DNA of 64,000 nt from Chrysomallon squamiferum. Its lineage: Eukaryota; Animalia; Mollusca. This document shows positions 52,214-64,000 of the stretch, piece by piece; within the stretch, counting starts at the first letter, position 1; each line of letters starts with the position of its first letter. The notes below the pieces were generated by a model. It saw nothing but the letters and a program-made list of their open reading frames with translations. It made no database searches and was not told the DNA's origin. Both the position numbers and the translations under genes were made by a program. The DNA lies in the NCBI GenBank assembly GCA_012295275.1, contig CM022673.1:24614001-24678000 (forward strand), given 5' to 3'.

Positions 52214-54256
52214 GATGTTGTTGTTATGATTCTTTTTGTTGTTGTAGTTCTTATTATTTTTTTATTATTATATTTTTATTGTTTTTGTTTGGTTGGGGTT
52301 TTGGGGAAGGGGGTTTGTTGTTGTTTTTGTTGTTGTTGTTTTTTTTTTTCTTATATTACTAAGAGAGAACAAATGAATGTAAAGGAAAATGAAAATAGCG
52401 TTTTCACTGAATATTTTATAGGTGTGGCATTTTCTAACGCTATGTGCTTAGGAGCAAGCAGCGTGTCGCTCATACAGGATTCTGGGGGATTTAACAGCAT
52501 TAAAACCGTCATCCACGAGCTAGGTCACAGGTATGAATAATGAATAACTCTGCCTGACAAGGCTGCTGCCACAGAGGAGAAATTACATACAGTGGTGCCT
52601 CGAGTTACGAGTGCTCCAACTTACGAGTTTTCCGAGTTACGAGTGCTCCAACTTACGAGTTTTTCGAGTTACGAGCAGCCGATTGCTTGCTTTGAGTTGC
52701 GAGCCAAACTCTCGAGTTACGGGCTGGCTTCAGATACGCCGCCGCTAGTTGGCGCAAAGAACAATACAACATCCGCCCAGCATTCCGCGTGTCACTCGTT
52801 TGCTTGACGCGGTTACCTCGCCGTTGAAGTATTTGTTGTGTTTTGTTCTCGCGTTTTATGCAGTATTTTGCCAAATTTCCATGTTTCCTAAGAAAGTGAG
52901 TGCAAAGGACAGGGCTGAGAAGAAGAAGCGGATGATGTCCATTGAATTAAAGTATGAAATCATAGAAAAATATGAGCGAGGGGTGTGTGTAATCAACATG
53001 GCTCGGCAGGACGAGCGTAGTACTTTTACGATATGTACCATACTCAAGCAGAAAGAGGCGATAAAGGCTATAACTCCAGCCAAAGGCGTTAAAATAATTT
53101 CTAAGCTGATCACCTCTGTCCATGAAGAGATGGAGACACCCTAACCCTGTACACTTTACAAAACCAGTTTATTTCTTTACATTCTCTTTTACTTGGTTTT
53201 TTTATGCAATATTTGTGATTTATACACACATTTTTCTTATTTAAAAACACTTTACAAAAAACTGGGGTGGCTTTTCAGTGGACGGAACGGATTAATGGTT
53301 TTTCTATTAATTTCGTTTGGAAAAATTGATATAATATACGAACAAATTTGAGTTACAAACTCTGTCACGGAACGAATTAAACTCGTAAGTCAAGGTACCA
53401 CTGTATTGATATTTTATGGAGACGACTAGAAAATGTAAATAATGCTTATAACCAGTATGGTGACAGTACTGGAACAGGATGCTTAATAAAACTATGTGTT
53501 GCAAATTACGAGAAATCTACTTGATTATGTGTGAAAGTAAATTATGGAGCTGTTTGAACACAACATCAGTGCTGCCTAATTACAGTGTTGAGACCGTTTT
53601 ACTGTGTGTGTGATGAAAGTTGATTTTAATCTACAGTTCAGGGAAGAATAACTACAAATCTTATTCTGTTAATTTTGATTTTCTCAGAAGTTAATATGTT
53701 CTCGAAGCAGCTGTTTAGAAGTCTTTTCGCTGGACTATAATTCATCAGAAAATCTATATAATAAAAAAAATAACAGTAATGAAATAAACGAAGAAACATA
53801 TTAATATATTTATGTAAATACCTTCAAAACTGAAGTATAATCTGTCTTAAAATATTAATATATTTATGTAATACTTTCAAACTGAAAGTATATCTGTCTG
53901 AAAACATGTAATTTTGACATTCTAGTGAAAAATCACCCAAATAGATATTTTCTCTTAGAGACTGCTTGTTTTCGTTATGCTGTAAGAAATTAGCGATATC
54001 TTTACCGTCTCGCTGTTAGCAAAACGTTTTCTTTCTTTTTTTTTTTTTTTTTTTTTTCTTTTTCTTCTAAAGTCTAGGTGCCTTACATGACGGTTCAAAT
54101 GCATGCACAGAGGAAGATCAGTACATTATGGCAGCTGTTCATGGAATCCAAAATGAATCTAACAAATACAACTTCTGGTTGTTTTCCCCTTGTACCGCAC
54201 TAGAAATTGACTCTCATATAGCAATGATATTTATGGTATCGCTTCTGATGTAGGTT

Positions 54257-54290
<34 letters not shown>

Positions 54291-55295
54291 TTTTTTTTTT
54301 TTTTTTATATATCTTACATTTTAATTTATGTTTTCTTCAATATATTTGTTTTGTCGTATTAACGATTTTTTTTTTTTTTTTTTTTTTTTCGTTTAGTTTC
54401 CATATCGAGACATACACACACCCTCACGTACATTATACCAGTGTTGGAAAGTCACTGTGTTTATGTTTCATTCGTGCTTTTCTTCGTTTAGTAACCAGCA
54501 ATGACTGGCCGACTTCCTATGCAATTCTCCATTTGCAGCCGATAGGAAAAGATTGATGTACATGACATTTATTATTTTTTTATTATTATTTATTTGTTTA
54601 TTTATTTATTTACTTTTTAATTTTTTTATTTTTAATTTTAATTTTTTTTTTTATTATTATTATTATTTTTTCTTTCTTTTTTCTCTCATATCCAAAGTAC
54701 TGATAGACGAAGGCGATGTGACAATGATCTCGTTCAACTGATCAAAGATCTCTTTAAGGACATAGCTCTCGGACCCCATCATGTATAAAGTGGTCGACTA
54801 TTCGGTCCCGTTTTTCCTTTGTAGGCCTGCCAGTATTTTTGGTCTGTGCAGCGTCCTAGCACCGCTTGGGCTAACAACTTTCCGTCTGCGGTGACTTTTT
54901 GCACTTGCCTACCTTGGTGTCTCATGATTTTGCGAGGGAATTTGTAACACTGATATAAAATTTATATATATAAAACCGGTGGTACGAGAGAGACAGAGAT
55001 AGAGATATCACATCAGTAAGATATGTTAATAATAAGGCTATAGATTTCATATAGTGCTGTTTTTTGTTGTTGTTTTTTTCAGGCAGCGTGATTCCTGTTT
55101 TTCCTTTTCTGAGAAAATATCTCAGAATGTCGTTAACGTCACCGGACAGAAGCCGGGTCAGTGGTTCAGTCCTGATGAAATATGTCAACACATATTCGGC
55201 GATGAATCCTTTTTATGCAGGGTATGAAGAAGACATTTCAAATTTTACTTATTATTCATCGAACTTTTAAAACTTGTGCGATTACATATATATAT

Positions 55296-55384
<89 letters not shown>

Positions 55385-56346
55385 GATTCTTTTCGGAGTA
55401 GGCACGTTTCTCTCGTTCCTTTCTTTTTTTTCGGATTTATTCTGTTTTCTGGTGTCATTTATTTCAAAACTGAATCTTTCAGAGAACATCCGAAGACAAT
55501 GACGAGGCAGACGTTTGCCTGTTCATGTTCTGCAGGGATCCGCAAAGTAACATGTGCTTTAGACACGTAGCACCCGAGGGAACTTCTTGCGGCAACAGAA
55601 AGGTAACACTGTTATGTCTTCGCTAAAATTAACAGCAGTTTCCAAAGTTTTAAATATGGCACAGTTTAAGAGTGTCCGTTTGAATGCATAGTATTTATTG
55701 TCGTTATGTTTAATGTTATATGAAACGACTCATTTTTCGAACCTATTTATTATAATTATGAATTTTTTCTGAAAATATTTTTCGAATGATGAATGCATTA
55801 GTTATGGCTTGATATGGACCAGTTGCTGAGAAAGGTTTATGTATCGTCCACTTTCAAATAATGTAAAGTTGGAAATGATATTAATTAATTATTTAAATAA
55901 TAATTTAATTATTTAGTCATTACCTGTTAATGATTAAATTAGTACTACTTAAACTCTGAACGAAAATAGAAGAGAAGAACTCGTTCCTTTCTACGGATAT
56001 ATCTATTTATTTGATAACAACACACACACTAGAAAAACAAACTGCACTGTAACACTGAGAACATGTCCCAGTTTAATCACTACATCGTTTACCCAGCAGT
56101 TCAAAAGTTCTATCTTATCTGAGCTTAAATTCACGATTTTGTCAACTATTTCTTCTGTTTTCTCGTGTATTTTGTTTCAGTGGTGTGAATCAGGTAGATG
56201 TGTTTTTTCCAAAGACGCTCCAGTTAAAGAAGGTAAGACTTACTTGATAATCAGTAACAAATAAAATATATAATACACTTTTAATACGATCTTTATTCAA
56301 GTACGACAATTTCACATAAACATGGTTATTTTATTTTGTTCAATAA

Positions 56347-56389
<43 letters not shown>

Positions 56390-58892
56390 TAATCTTTTTT
56401 CCCTCTCCCACCTTTTGTACGTTCTTGAAATTTTATTTTATAATATTAAAGTAATATAGATGTTTAGTTATTGAAATACCAAGGTAAAACTGCAATATGT
56501 GTGGTTGAACACTGACATAGAGACAAAGATGTAATATCACTGAACACTGACATAGATGAGTGTTTGCAGTATTATCTAAATAACCGTGTATACAGATGAC
56601 TGTATCATTAACAATATGATTATGTGTGTTTTTCTCTAATACTGTTTAATTAATGTCCATTTAACTGTTGTAATATTGTCTATATGACTTGTAATTTTGT
56701 GTAGATGTCTTAGTTGTTACTGAGTAGATCATTATGTTTTTTTTTTTCTAGATGACTTGTCTGGATAACTTTTGTATTATTTAACAGATACTTTTTTTTA
56801 CTAGATGACTTGTGTTTTTGTTCTAGATTACTTTTCTATTATTGATTAGATAATTATTATTTTTTTTTCTAAATGAACTGTATTTTTGTCTAGATAACTA
56901 TCGTGTTACTGACTTGATATGTTTTTTTTGTTTTTTTGCCTAGACGGGTGTATTTTCGGAAACCGGCCGTTCTTTAGAGTGAATAACCTTACCTGTAACC
57001 AGGTAGTAAACAAGTATCCACAAGTCTGTCGAATGGAGGAGAATGTCCGTATTCAGTGCTGTGAATCGTGCTACCACAGTTTGTTCATTTATACATTCGT
57101 TGTTTGTTTCGTAAGAATTCTCTCCTCCAGAAACATCTCAAATCTTAGTATTTACATTTACTGAAAATATATATTTTTTTAAAATATTGGTTCTCCTGAT
57201 GTCACTCGTTTAAAAAGGAAAACGGTTGCTTTGTGCCGTTTTTTTAATCAGTTTCGTATTCAGAAAAGTTGTAATCTTTCCTTCACAAGTGAGATCTTCT
57301 GAAGGAGACCAAAAATATATTTTGAACTATAAACATAACTAACATTCATTAGAAATAATATCAGTGTCTTAGTTTCTCTCTCCCTTTCTATTTTGTATTC
57401 TTTGACTTAACAAACTTTAAGATACTTTAAGATATTAAAAAAATAATAATAATAAATAATAAGTAAGAGATAAATAATTATATAAATATTTTAAATTTCT
57501 TAACTCAAAGAGTGTGACACAGAGAAATTAAAATACTCATATATATATATATTTAGAATGTGAATTTGGAGACATTTTGATGAACTGCGACCCCAGATCA
57601 TGTCATCAAATTTTTCCTAACGGTACAGTCTACGACCGTCAGTGTTGCAAGACTTGTAACAAAACCTTCAGATGTTCCGACACGCCAGCAATTAACTGTT
57701 CCAGTTTAGAGTCTTACCACTGTTACAACGCCACAACAGCATTCCACTGCTGCAGCACATGTAGCAGTTTTAGAAAAGTAAAAGTGGCGGGTAAAAATAT
57801 TTTTAAAGTTTTTACCTTTCATAGTAAAGAATGTACAAAGAATCGTCGATTCGTTGTAGATTAAACTAAGAATGGGATTTTTTTTTTTTTTAAATATATG
57901 TATTAAAATGAATGGTTATTAAGAGTAAAATTAAATTAAGGATATTTACATGTTAGAGAGGAAACCGGCTACAGATAATCCATGAGCGACTTTTTTCGAT
58001 TGACATCAAGAGTTGAGTTTTGTAATTCTTCGATAAAATAAATTCTTCCGTAGTACACAAAACTGGTCGTCTGGTAGTTTTTAGAATGAGAGATGCAGAA
58101 TCATTTCAAAAACGTGATATTGTTAACATATAAAATTAACCGATACTCAAAAATGAAATTGGCTAGTGGTTGTCATTCAAAGTTTGTTCAAAATGTAACC
58201 ATTCCAAAAGAAACAAAACTAATGAATCAGGAACACACCAAATCCGTGGTTTCATTGAAAACATTCCAAAACAAACAACAATGATTATTGTCAGTTAATA
58301 TGAAACGAGAACTAGAAATATATCAAAAAGTTCCACACGTCAAATTTTGTATTCACTATCTAGCAGTCCCGTGTCTTTACAATAAACTAATGAACTAATA
58401 TTTTGTTATGTAATTTAATTCATCTGAAATCGTCATCTGTGAAGTATATTGGAAGGGAAATGGGTTTTGGGGTTTTTTTACTTAAACTTTTACTTTTATT
58501 TTTTTCTTATTTGTTTTAATTATTTTTTTTAATTATTATTATTATAATTATTATCAGTTTTTTTAATTTTTAATTTTTTTTATTATTTTTATATATATAA
58601 GATGTAATATATAAAATTTTCAGGCTGTGAATATGGAGACAGAGTATCAGAGTCAGAATGTAAAACAGAAACTCTGAATGGAAATTTGTGTTCTCAACAA
58701 GACCTTTCGAACAAATGTTGTGATTTCTGTACTCAGTATCACACGAGTTGTAGCAGTGTTCTACCCTTGTTCTATCTTCTTGATGTTTGGAATCACAATG
58801 CTGTGGTCTGGATGGTTGTGTGCGGAACACAAAAGATGTCGTTGGAGCATTCTAAATATATAACATCAGCTTGCACGCAAAAACGGTTTTGA
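49054..58892 (+). CDS. M12B/reprolysin (ADAMTS-like) zinc metalloprotease, copy B, ~580 aa; four PLAC-like six-Cys modules
   Basis: Exons 49054-49111 (signal MTLCSCVVIVFLISCFFLI), 49577-49658, 50274-50364, 50725-50808, 51265-51407, 51908-51957, 52422-52530, 54073-54249, 55083-55221, 55483-55602, 56181-56232, 56944-57078 (donor uncertain), 57557-57790, 58624-58892. HELGHSLGALHD, QYIMA, PEGTSCGNRKWCESGRCV; modules end in CCESC, CCKTC, CCSTC, CCDFC. Exon sizes 91/84/143/50/139/52 match copy A. Confidence 0.88.
50871..51070. mobile_element. Degenerate hAT-like MITE
   Basis: Imperfect termini GAGGGGTGGGGCAAAC...GGCTCGCGAGC and AAGTTTGGCCAAGCTTG resemble the CAGGGGTGGGCAA/TTGCCCACCCCTG ends of hAT MITEs; no clear TSD. 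Confidence 0.4.
52590..53403 (+). mobile_element. Tigger/pogo-type DNA transposon deletion derivative with intact N-terminal HTH coding remnant
   Basis: TIRs CAGTGGTGCCTCGAGTTACGAG / CTCGTAAGTCAAGGTACCACTG with TA flanks; ORF MFPKKVSAKDRAEKKKRMMSIELKYEIIEKYERGVCVINMARQ...STFTICTILKQKEAIK (CENP-B/pipsqueak-type HTH); no DDE domain. Same family as 41747-42437. Confidence 0.9.
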
Positions 58893-60032
58893 CTTTATTT
58901 TGTTTATTACCCGTGTGCATATTACTAAGTTATTCGAATGTGAGTCGACTGTTTGTTATGGCTGTTGCAATCAAAACTAAATTATATTTACCAGAGAACT
59001 AATTATGACTTTTCTCTAGTTGTTATGTATATGACAGAGAACCACCAAACCTTTCGACATTTTTTTTTTTTCTGTCTCTCAGCTCTCAGATTCGTTAGTA
59101 TGATGATTAGTTTCATGTTTGTTTGTTTGTTGTTGTTTTTGTTCGAAATGACGGATACTAACAATTTTATACTAACTCGGGTGTTAATTTAACTTAGCCT
59201 CAGTGACAGTAATGACTGTTACAGTTTACTGAGTATTTAGTGAAAATTTAATACAATAAAAACATAAATGTAATAACATAAAGCAACTGATGGTTATTGT
59301 TTTTAATGATTATTCTTTGTATCTCTGTGTATGTTTAATTTTTTTATTTATTTATTTCTTTATGTCTTTATTTACTGTTTTGATTTCCTTCTTTATTTCT
59401 AATTATAATATCATTTTATTTTACTTACTTAATTTAATAATGTTCTATTTGTTTTTTTCTTTCTTTCTTCCTTTTTAATTATTTTAAAAAATTTTAACTT
59501 TAATTTTTTTATTATTATTATTATTTTTTTTTTTTTTTTTTTTTTTATGATAGGACATGTTTCCAGTACAATATCCTTATTTTAAGAATCCTTTAAAGAA
59601 TGACGTCACTAAACAGAAATATTGAAGCCAGCTAGACAACACACAACTGAAAAACATTTGTGTTTCTAATAATTGTTTTTATCATCTCTCTACCTCATTA
59701 TTTTTTTTTTTTTTTTTTTTTTTTTTTATTTTTTTTTTATTTTTTTTGCCTCAAATACATTCATACACTTCTGACACTTTGTATTTCATCAACTTATCTT
59801 AAAGACTGTCTATTACGCGAGGACAGAATGTGCTAAATAAAACAATCTGTGTAGTTATGGGGCAAAACAGAGGGTTTTTGAATATCACGCCTAAGTTACT
59901 AGTGTTTACCGCCTGATGATCAGCCATGTTCTAATGCTGCCCACTTCTCTAAAAAGGTTCCCCATGCCGAGTTTAAACGATAAACAGACGGACGGAAAGA
60001 TTAATTAAACCATAAAGACTTACCAAGACAAA

Positions 60033-60079
60033 TGACGTCATATTAATGTTTATAATTTGCTTATATTGTCATGACGTCA
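60033..60079 (+). promoter_or_regulatory. Protease C promoter: CRE - AT-rich/TATA-like - CRE
   Basis: TGACGTCA 60033-60040 and 60072-60079 (plus another at 59601-59608), paralogous to the copy B promoter. Confidence 0.65.
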
Positions 60080-60173
60080 GAAAGCTTTGCAATTGAAATG
60101 ATGGCGAATTGTATTTCAGAGTGTTTGTTTCTTGTTTACTGGGAAACAGATGTGAATTTACCAATATGGAAAT

Positions 60174-60265
60174 ATGACATGGTGTAGTTATGTAGTGATT
60201 GTTATTTTTATAAGCTTTTTCTTTTTGATCAGTAAGTATGATTTGCAATATAGTAGGGAGGACAA

Positions 60266-60362
<97 letters not shown>

Positions 60363-63064
60363 ATTAAATAAATAAATAAATAAAGATTCCAACTTATGGG
60401 ATACTGACAAACTTTTTATATCTAATTTCTGAAATTAATTCATTTCTTTTTCACATGGAACTCAAAAAATAAGTGAGAACCAAGGATGTCTGATGATATT
60501 GTTAAAATTTGTAATAATTTTTTTACCTACAGCAAAAAAACAACTAAATATAAAAAGCAAACAGCAGATTAATAAGTATACGAACAAGCAAGTAACAATA
60601 AAGTATGTGGGTTATATATAAACAGTTGTTTATGTCAGTCAAATAAAACAATTCAGACACCTGACTTCATGTTCAAAAACTAAGATCGCCTGCAAGGTTT
60701 GAATAAGGTCATCTAATCGATCTGTTTTTTGTAAAACGCAACTTGGTATAAAAATCGCTCAAAATCGATTATTGAAGACAAATCACGCAGAAAACAAGAA
60801 ATGGTTTCACATGCAAACGAGTCCGTAGCATCTGTTTTTGAACAATGTTAATAAATTTAACCTTTCTTGCAAACAGATCATGTCTTATATGTCTACAACA
60901 AGAATTACAGCATTGTTTTTTTAATGAAAATAATTTTTGGAATTTTCTGTATTTCCTACAGACGACGGGTTGTGTGGGCGTTGGCGATGTTTCGTAGACG
61001 TCCTAGTAATGGCGGACTATAAACTCTATGAGAAGTAAGAACACTAACACAATGAAATGTTACCCCACCTCGACTTCCTTCCATCAGTTCAGTAATGACC
61101 GTAAGATAGTTGCGCACCAGAGTAACCGCCCCTGATCCCGGTCTACGCTATACATTTCATAAACAATATATCACATTTATAACGTACTATATATAAATAT
61201 AATATTTCAGACACATACTTTAAAGAGGAATAGATATAACATATCAGTAAGTTTAAATAACATACCATCACAGTTTATATCATTATCATTATCATGATAC
61301 ACTGTCCTGTTACAAGTTAGTGGACATTGATAATAACTGTGGTGACCATGATAACGAACATAGACTGGATTCTGTCCTTTTTTATATATATTTTCGTTTT
61401 GTAATTGACATTGATAATAACTTTGGTGACAATGATAACGAACATAGATTGGATTCTGTCCTTTTTTATATATACTTTCGTTTTGTAATTGTTAAGTATA
61501 AACGTCACTGATAAAATAATTATACCATCACGAGTTTGTGTAGTGATCGTAACTATTAACATTCAGTCAGCTCTGCTTTCTTCTCTTTTATACTTTGGTT
61601 CTTGTTTTGTAGATGGTATGGATGGAGCAAGGCGCCTGAGAACAAAAAATCTGATGACACCAAGGAAAATATGAAACGTTATTTTTCTATTATGTTTAAT
61701 GAAGTAACTTATTAGTTTCTCTTGTCTATCTATACTTGGAAACAAACAACATTTATATAACAGCAACAACAACAATAGCAATAACAATAACAACAACAAC
61801 AATAGTAATAATGGCTGAAGCAAAAGCAGTAAAGGTGAAATAGACGCGATAGTAGTAGTTATAATAGTAATAGCAGACGTAGTGGTGGTAGTGGTGGTTG
61901 TAGTAGAAGTAAAAGTACAGTAATAGCAGCAGCAGAAGCAGTAGCAGACTTCTAATACGGAATTACATCATCCATAATGCATGGTATTTCTCGTTTACTG
62001 GAAGACCTAGAGTTTGGTGTAGAAGTAGTCGAGTCAAGAATGTTTTTGCACGATTAATCGAGAAATTTCCTATTTCGTCCTGTTTACCTTTATGTACATT
62101 ATGAGTCCTGTGATGTTAAGATTTAGGGAGTAGTGAACAATGTGATCAGTGTACTGTACCTAAATAACAGAACGTAACTTATAGAAAATTGCCTCTTGCG
62201 CACAAAGGAATCAGTTTGATACAAATCTGCTTCAAGTCAAAGACTAATAAGTCTCCTGTTCCTTTTTATAATAACTGGGACATTTGTATAGTGTAAACTG
62301 TCTATGTTACTGGTTAGCGAACAAATTAAAAAGTCACATAAACCAGAAGAAGAGATAAAATGCAATACAGGTACCGGTTTTCTGCTACCAAGGCATCTAA
62401 ATATGTAAATAATTAGTCTTAAACATTTTAAAATTAAAAACATAAAGAAAATTGACGATACAGAACTGCGGCGGGTATATAACTGTGTACAAATATTAAA
62501 ACTGCACATTTTTAATTGAAATATGAAAAGAAAACGAAACGGGTCGTACAAACATTCCTATTTAAAACTTACATCCAATAACGTGTATTTAAATAAGCAG
62601 AATAATAACATCGTGTTTATTTTTCATTCCTATTTACAGGTGAGAGCTAAATTTCAGGCGACAAAAATGCCTAATTTTGAAATAACAGTTCGAGTAAACG
62701 ATATTATGATTGCTGATTCGCCGGTAAGTGTGAACTGATGTTAGATCATTGAAAGTCATTGTATCCATAATTTACAAATGCACACACACTCACACACACA
62801 TAAACACAAGCATACGTAATATACGCAAACGTTATGCACATACACATCTATACTTTTACATATAAGATAAGCAACATACACAATAACACAAACACGTTTC
62901 ATGATAATAACTTTGTTGCAGACGACTGAAATCGCTAAGCTGACCAGAAATCACAATCGGAATGACAGAGTCGTGGCCAGTGACGTTCTAGGAGATCTGA
63001 AAACATTCTTCTTTGAGAACGAAGAAATTCTGCCTGCGCACGATCATTTAATGTTGTTTTCAGG
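60174..63064 (+). CDS. M12B/reprolysin metalloprotease, copy C (3'-truncated by window end)
   Basis: Exons 60174-60231 (signal MTWCSYVVIVIFISFFFLI), 60962-61034 (CFVDVLVMADYKLYE), 61613-61703, 62640-62723, 62922-63064 (LPAHDHLMLFSG); closely paralogous to copy B, with matching phases and identical sizes for exons 1 and 3-5. Confidence 0.85.
61323..61490. repeat. 84-bp tandem duplication
   Basis: gacattgataataact..atgataacgaacataga..ggattctgtccttttttatatata..ttcgttttgtaattg occurs twice. Confidence 0.85.
62368..62473. mobile_element. Internally deleted fragment of the 39718-40054 MITE
   Basis: TA+CAGGTACCGG followed by accaaggcat..aaataattag..aaacattttaaaattaaaaacataaagaaaattgacgataca matching 39793-39868. 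Confidence 0.75.
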
Positions 63065-64000
63065 GTGCGTGAAGTAATGTTCCGTTGTTTTTTTTATTCA
63101 TCTAAATAAAATTAAAAATGTGTTTGGATTGTACCTCAGTACTTCACTAATGGGATAATTACGGTGAAGTCTTCTTTTTTTAACTTTGACTTTTGTGAGA
63201 AAATATTAACGATAAAATAAAATATTAAAACCAGTTTATTAACGTTTAACAAACCAGTTACTAGTATCAAAGTATCATATGTGGCAACCACCGCTAACAA
63301 CAGTGTTTCTTCTCTGTGAATACATTCAGCTAATGCAGGTACAGAATGTGATCACTTCATTACAGCTTTTAACATTTAACCACTCACACGCGAACGCATG
63401 CACACGCACAAATGTATAAAATGCACAGATAGAAATAATAACAGAAATAATAAATACAAAATCAACCCGCAAAACCTTTTTGTCAACTGCTTAAGTTTTG
63501 ATTTCACTTTATTTAAATAGTATTTCAAACATGGCAGACAAATCTAAAACGTAACCCTCACAATATTTCTATGCTGAAGCTGTAAATAGCACATGATTCC
63601 TGCAATCACCTATAATTTGTATTTCAGAATTTACTTCCTATTTAAAATTATTACGATAGACTATTCTATTAGATTTTGATACAGTATTTTATTTCATATC
63701 AAAAACTAATAACATACAGTATGACTATTGTTTTGAATTCAGTATTTATTTTATAAATAATAATTATACAACGTGTATTATTTTTAATTCAGTATTTATC
63801 TTCTAACATTTATTAGATACGACATAATAACTCCTGACGGGAACAGAGGTGCAAAAGGTCATTTTTAATTCTTCAGTATGTTTTAATATTAAATTTCCAC
63901 TTTTCTTTACGTGTTTCCAAATATTTTGTCTTTGTATTCATTCGCTTATGTGTACGCATTACATTTGAAAATAGAAAAAAATAAAATAAGAATTTCTTCT

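Noticed and set aside
52749-53144. 131-aa ORF as an active transposase or domesticated CENP-B gene
   Set aside because: Only the N-terminal HTH remains inside an 814-bp deletion derivative; no DDE domain.

Overview
AT-rich, microsatellite-dense eukaryotic (animal, most likely lophotrochozoan/molluscan) genomic DNA with spliced genes; nearly all single ORFs in the track are microsatellite artefacts. I reconstructed exons by hand from GT-AG sites and phase continuity. (1) 152-15768 (+): 3' part of an unidentified gene with a long low-complexity C-terminus and two frame-preserving cassette-like exons. (2) 26260-17240 (-): SRSF3/Rbp1-type SR splicing factor (RRM + RS, no zinc knuckle) with a 360-nt stop-containing poison exon in intron 3 and an NRF1-type promoter palindrome. 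(3) 29173-29990 (+): a compact gene for a 154-aa secreted precursor = signal peptide + 34-aa cationic, Trp/Arg-rich 4-Cys peptide + KRKR + acidic propeptide with two EF-hand loops (candidate new antimicrobial/defence peptide family). It is bracketed by two copies of a ~400-bp segment. (4) 33301-64000 (+): tandem array of three paralogous M12B/reprolysin (ADAMTS-like) metalloproteases. The signal peptide is spliced almost directly onto the catalytic domain (no prodomain), followed by a Cys-rich domain and 1-4 PLAC-like modules, with a GPI-like tail in copy A. Their promoters carry perfect CRE palindromes. Introns contain Tigger/pogo-type elements, MITEs and minisatellites. All gene models are manual and untested against transcript data.
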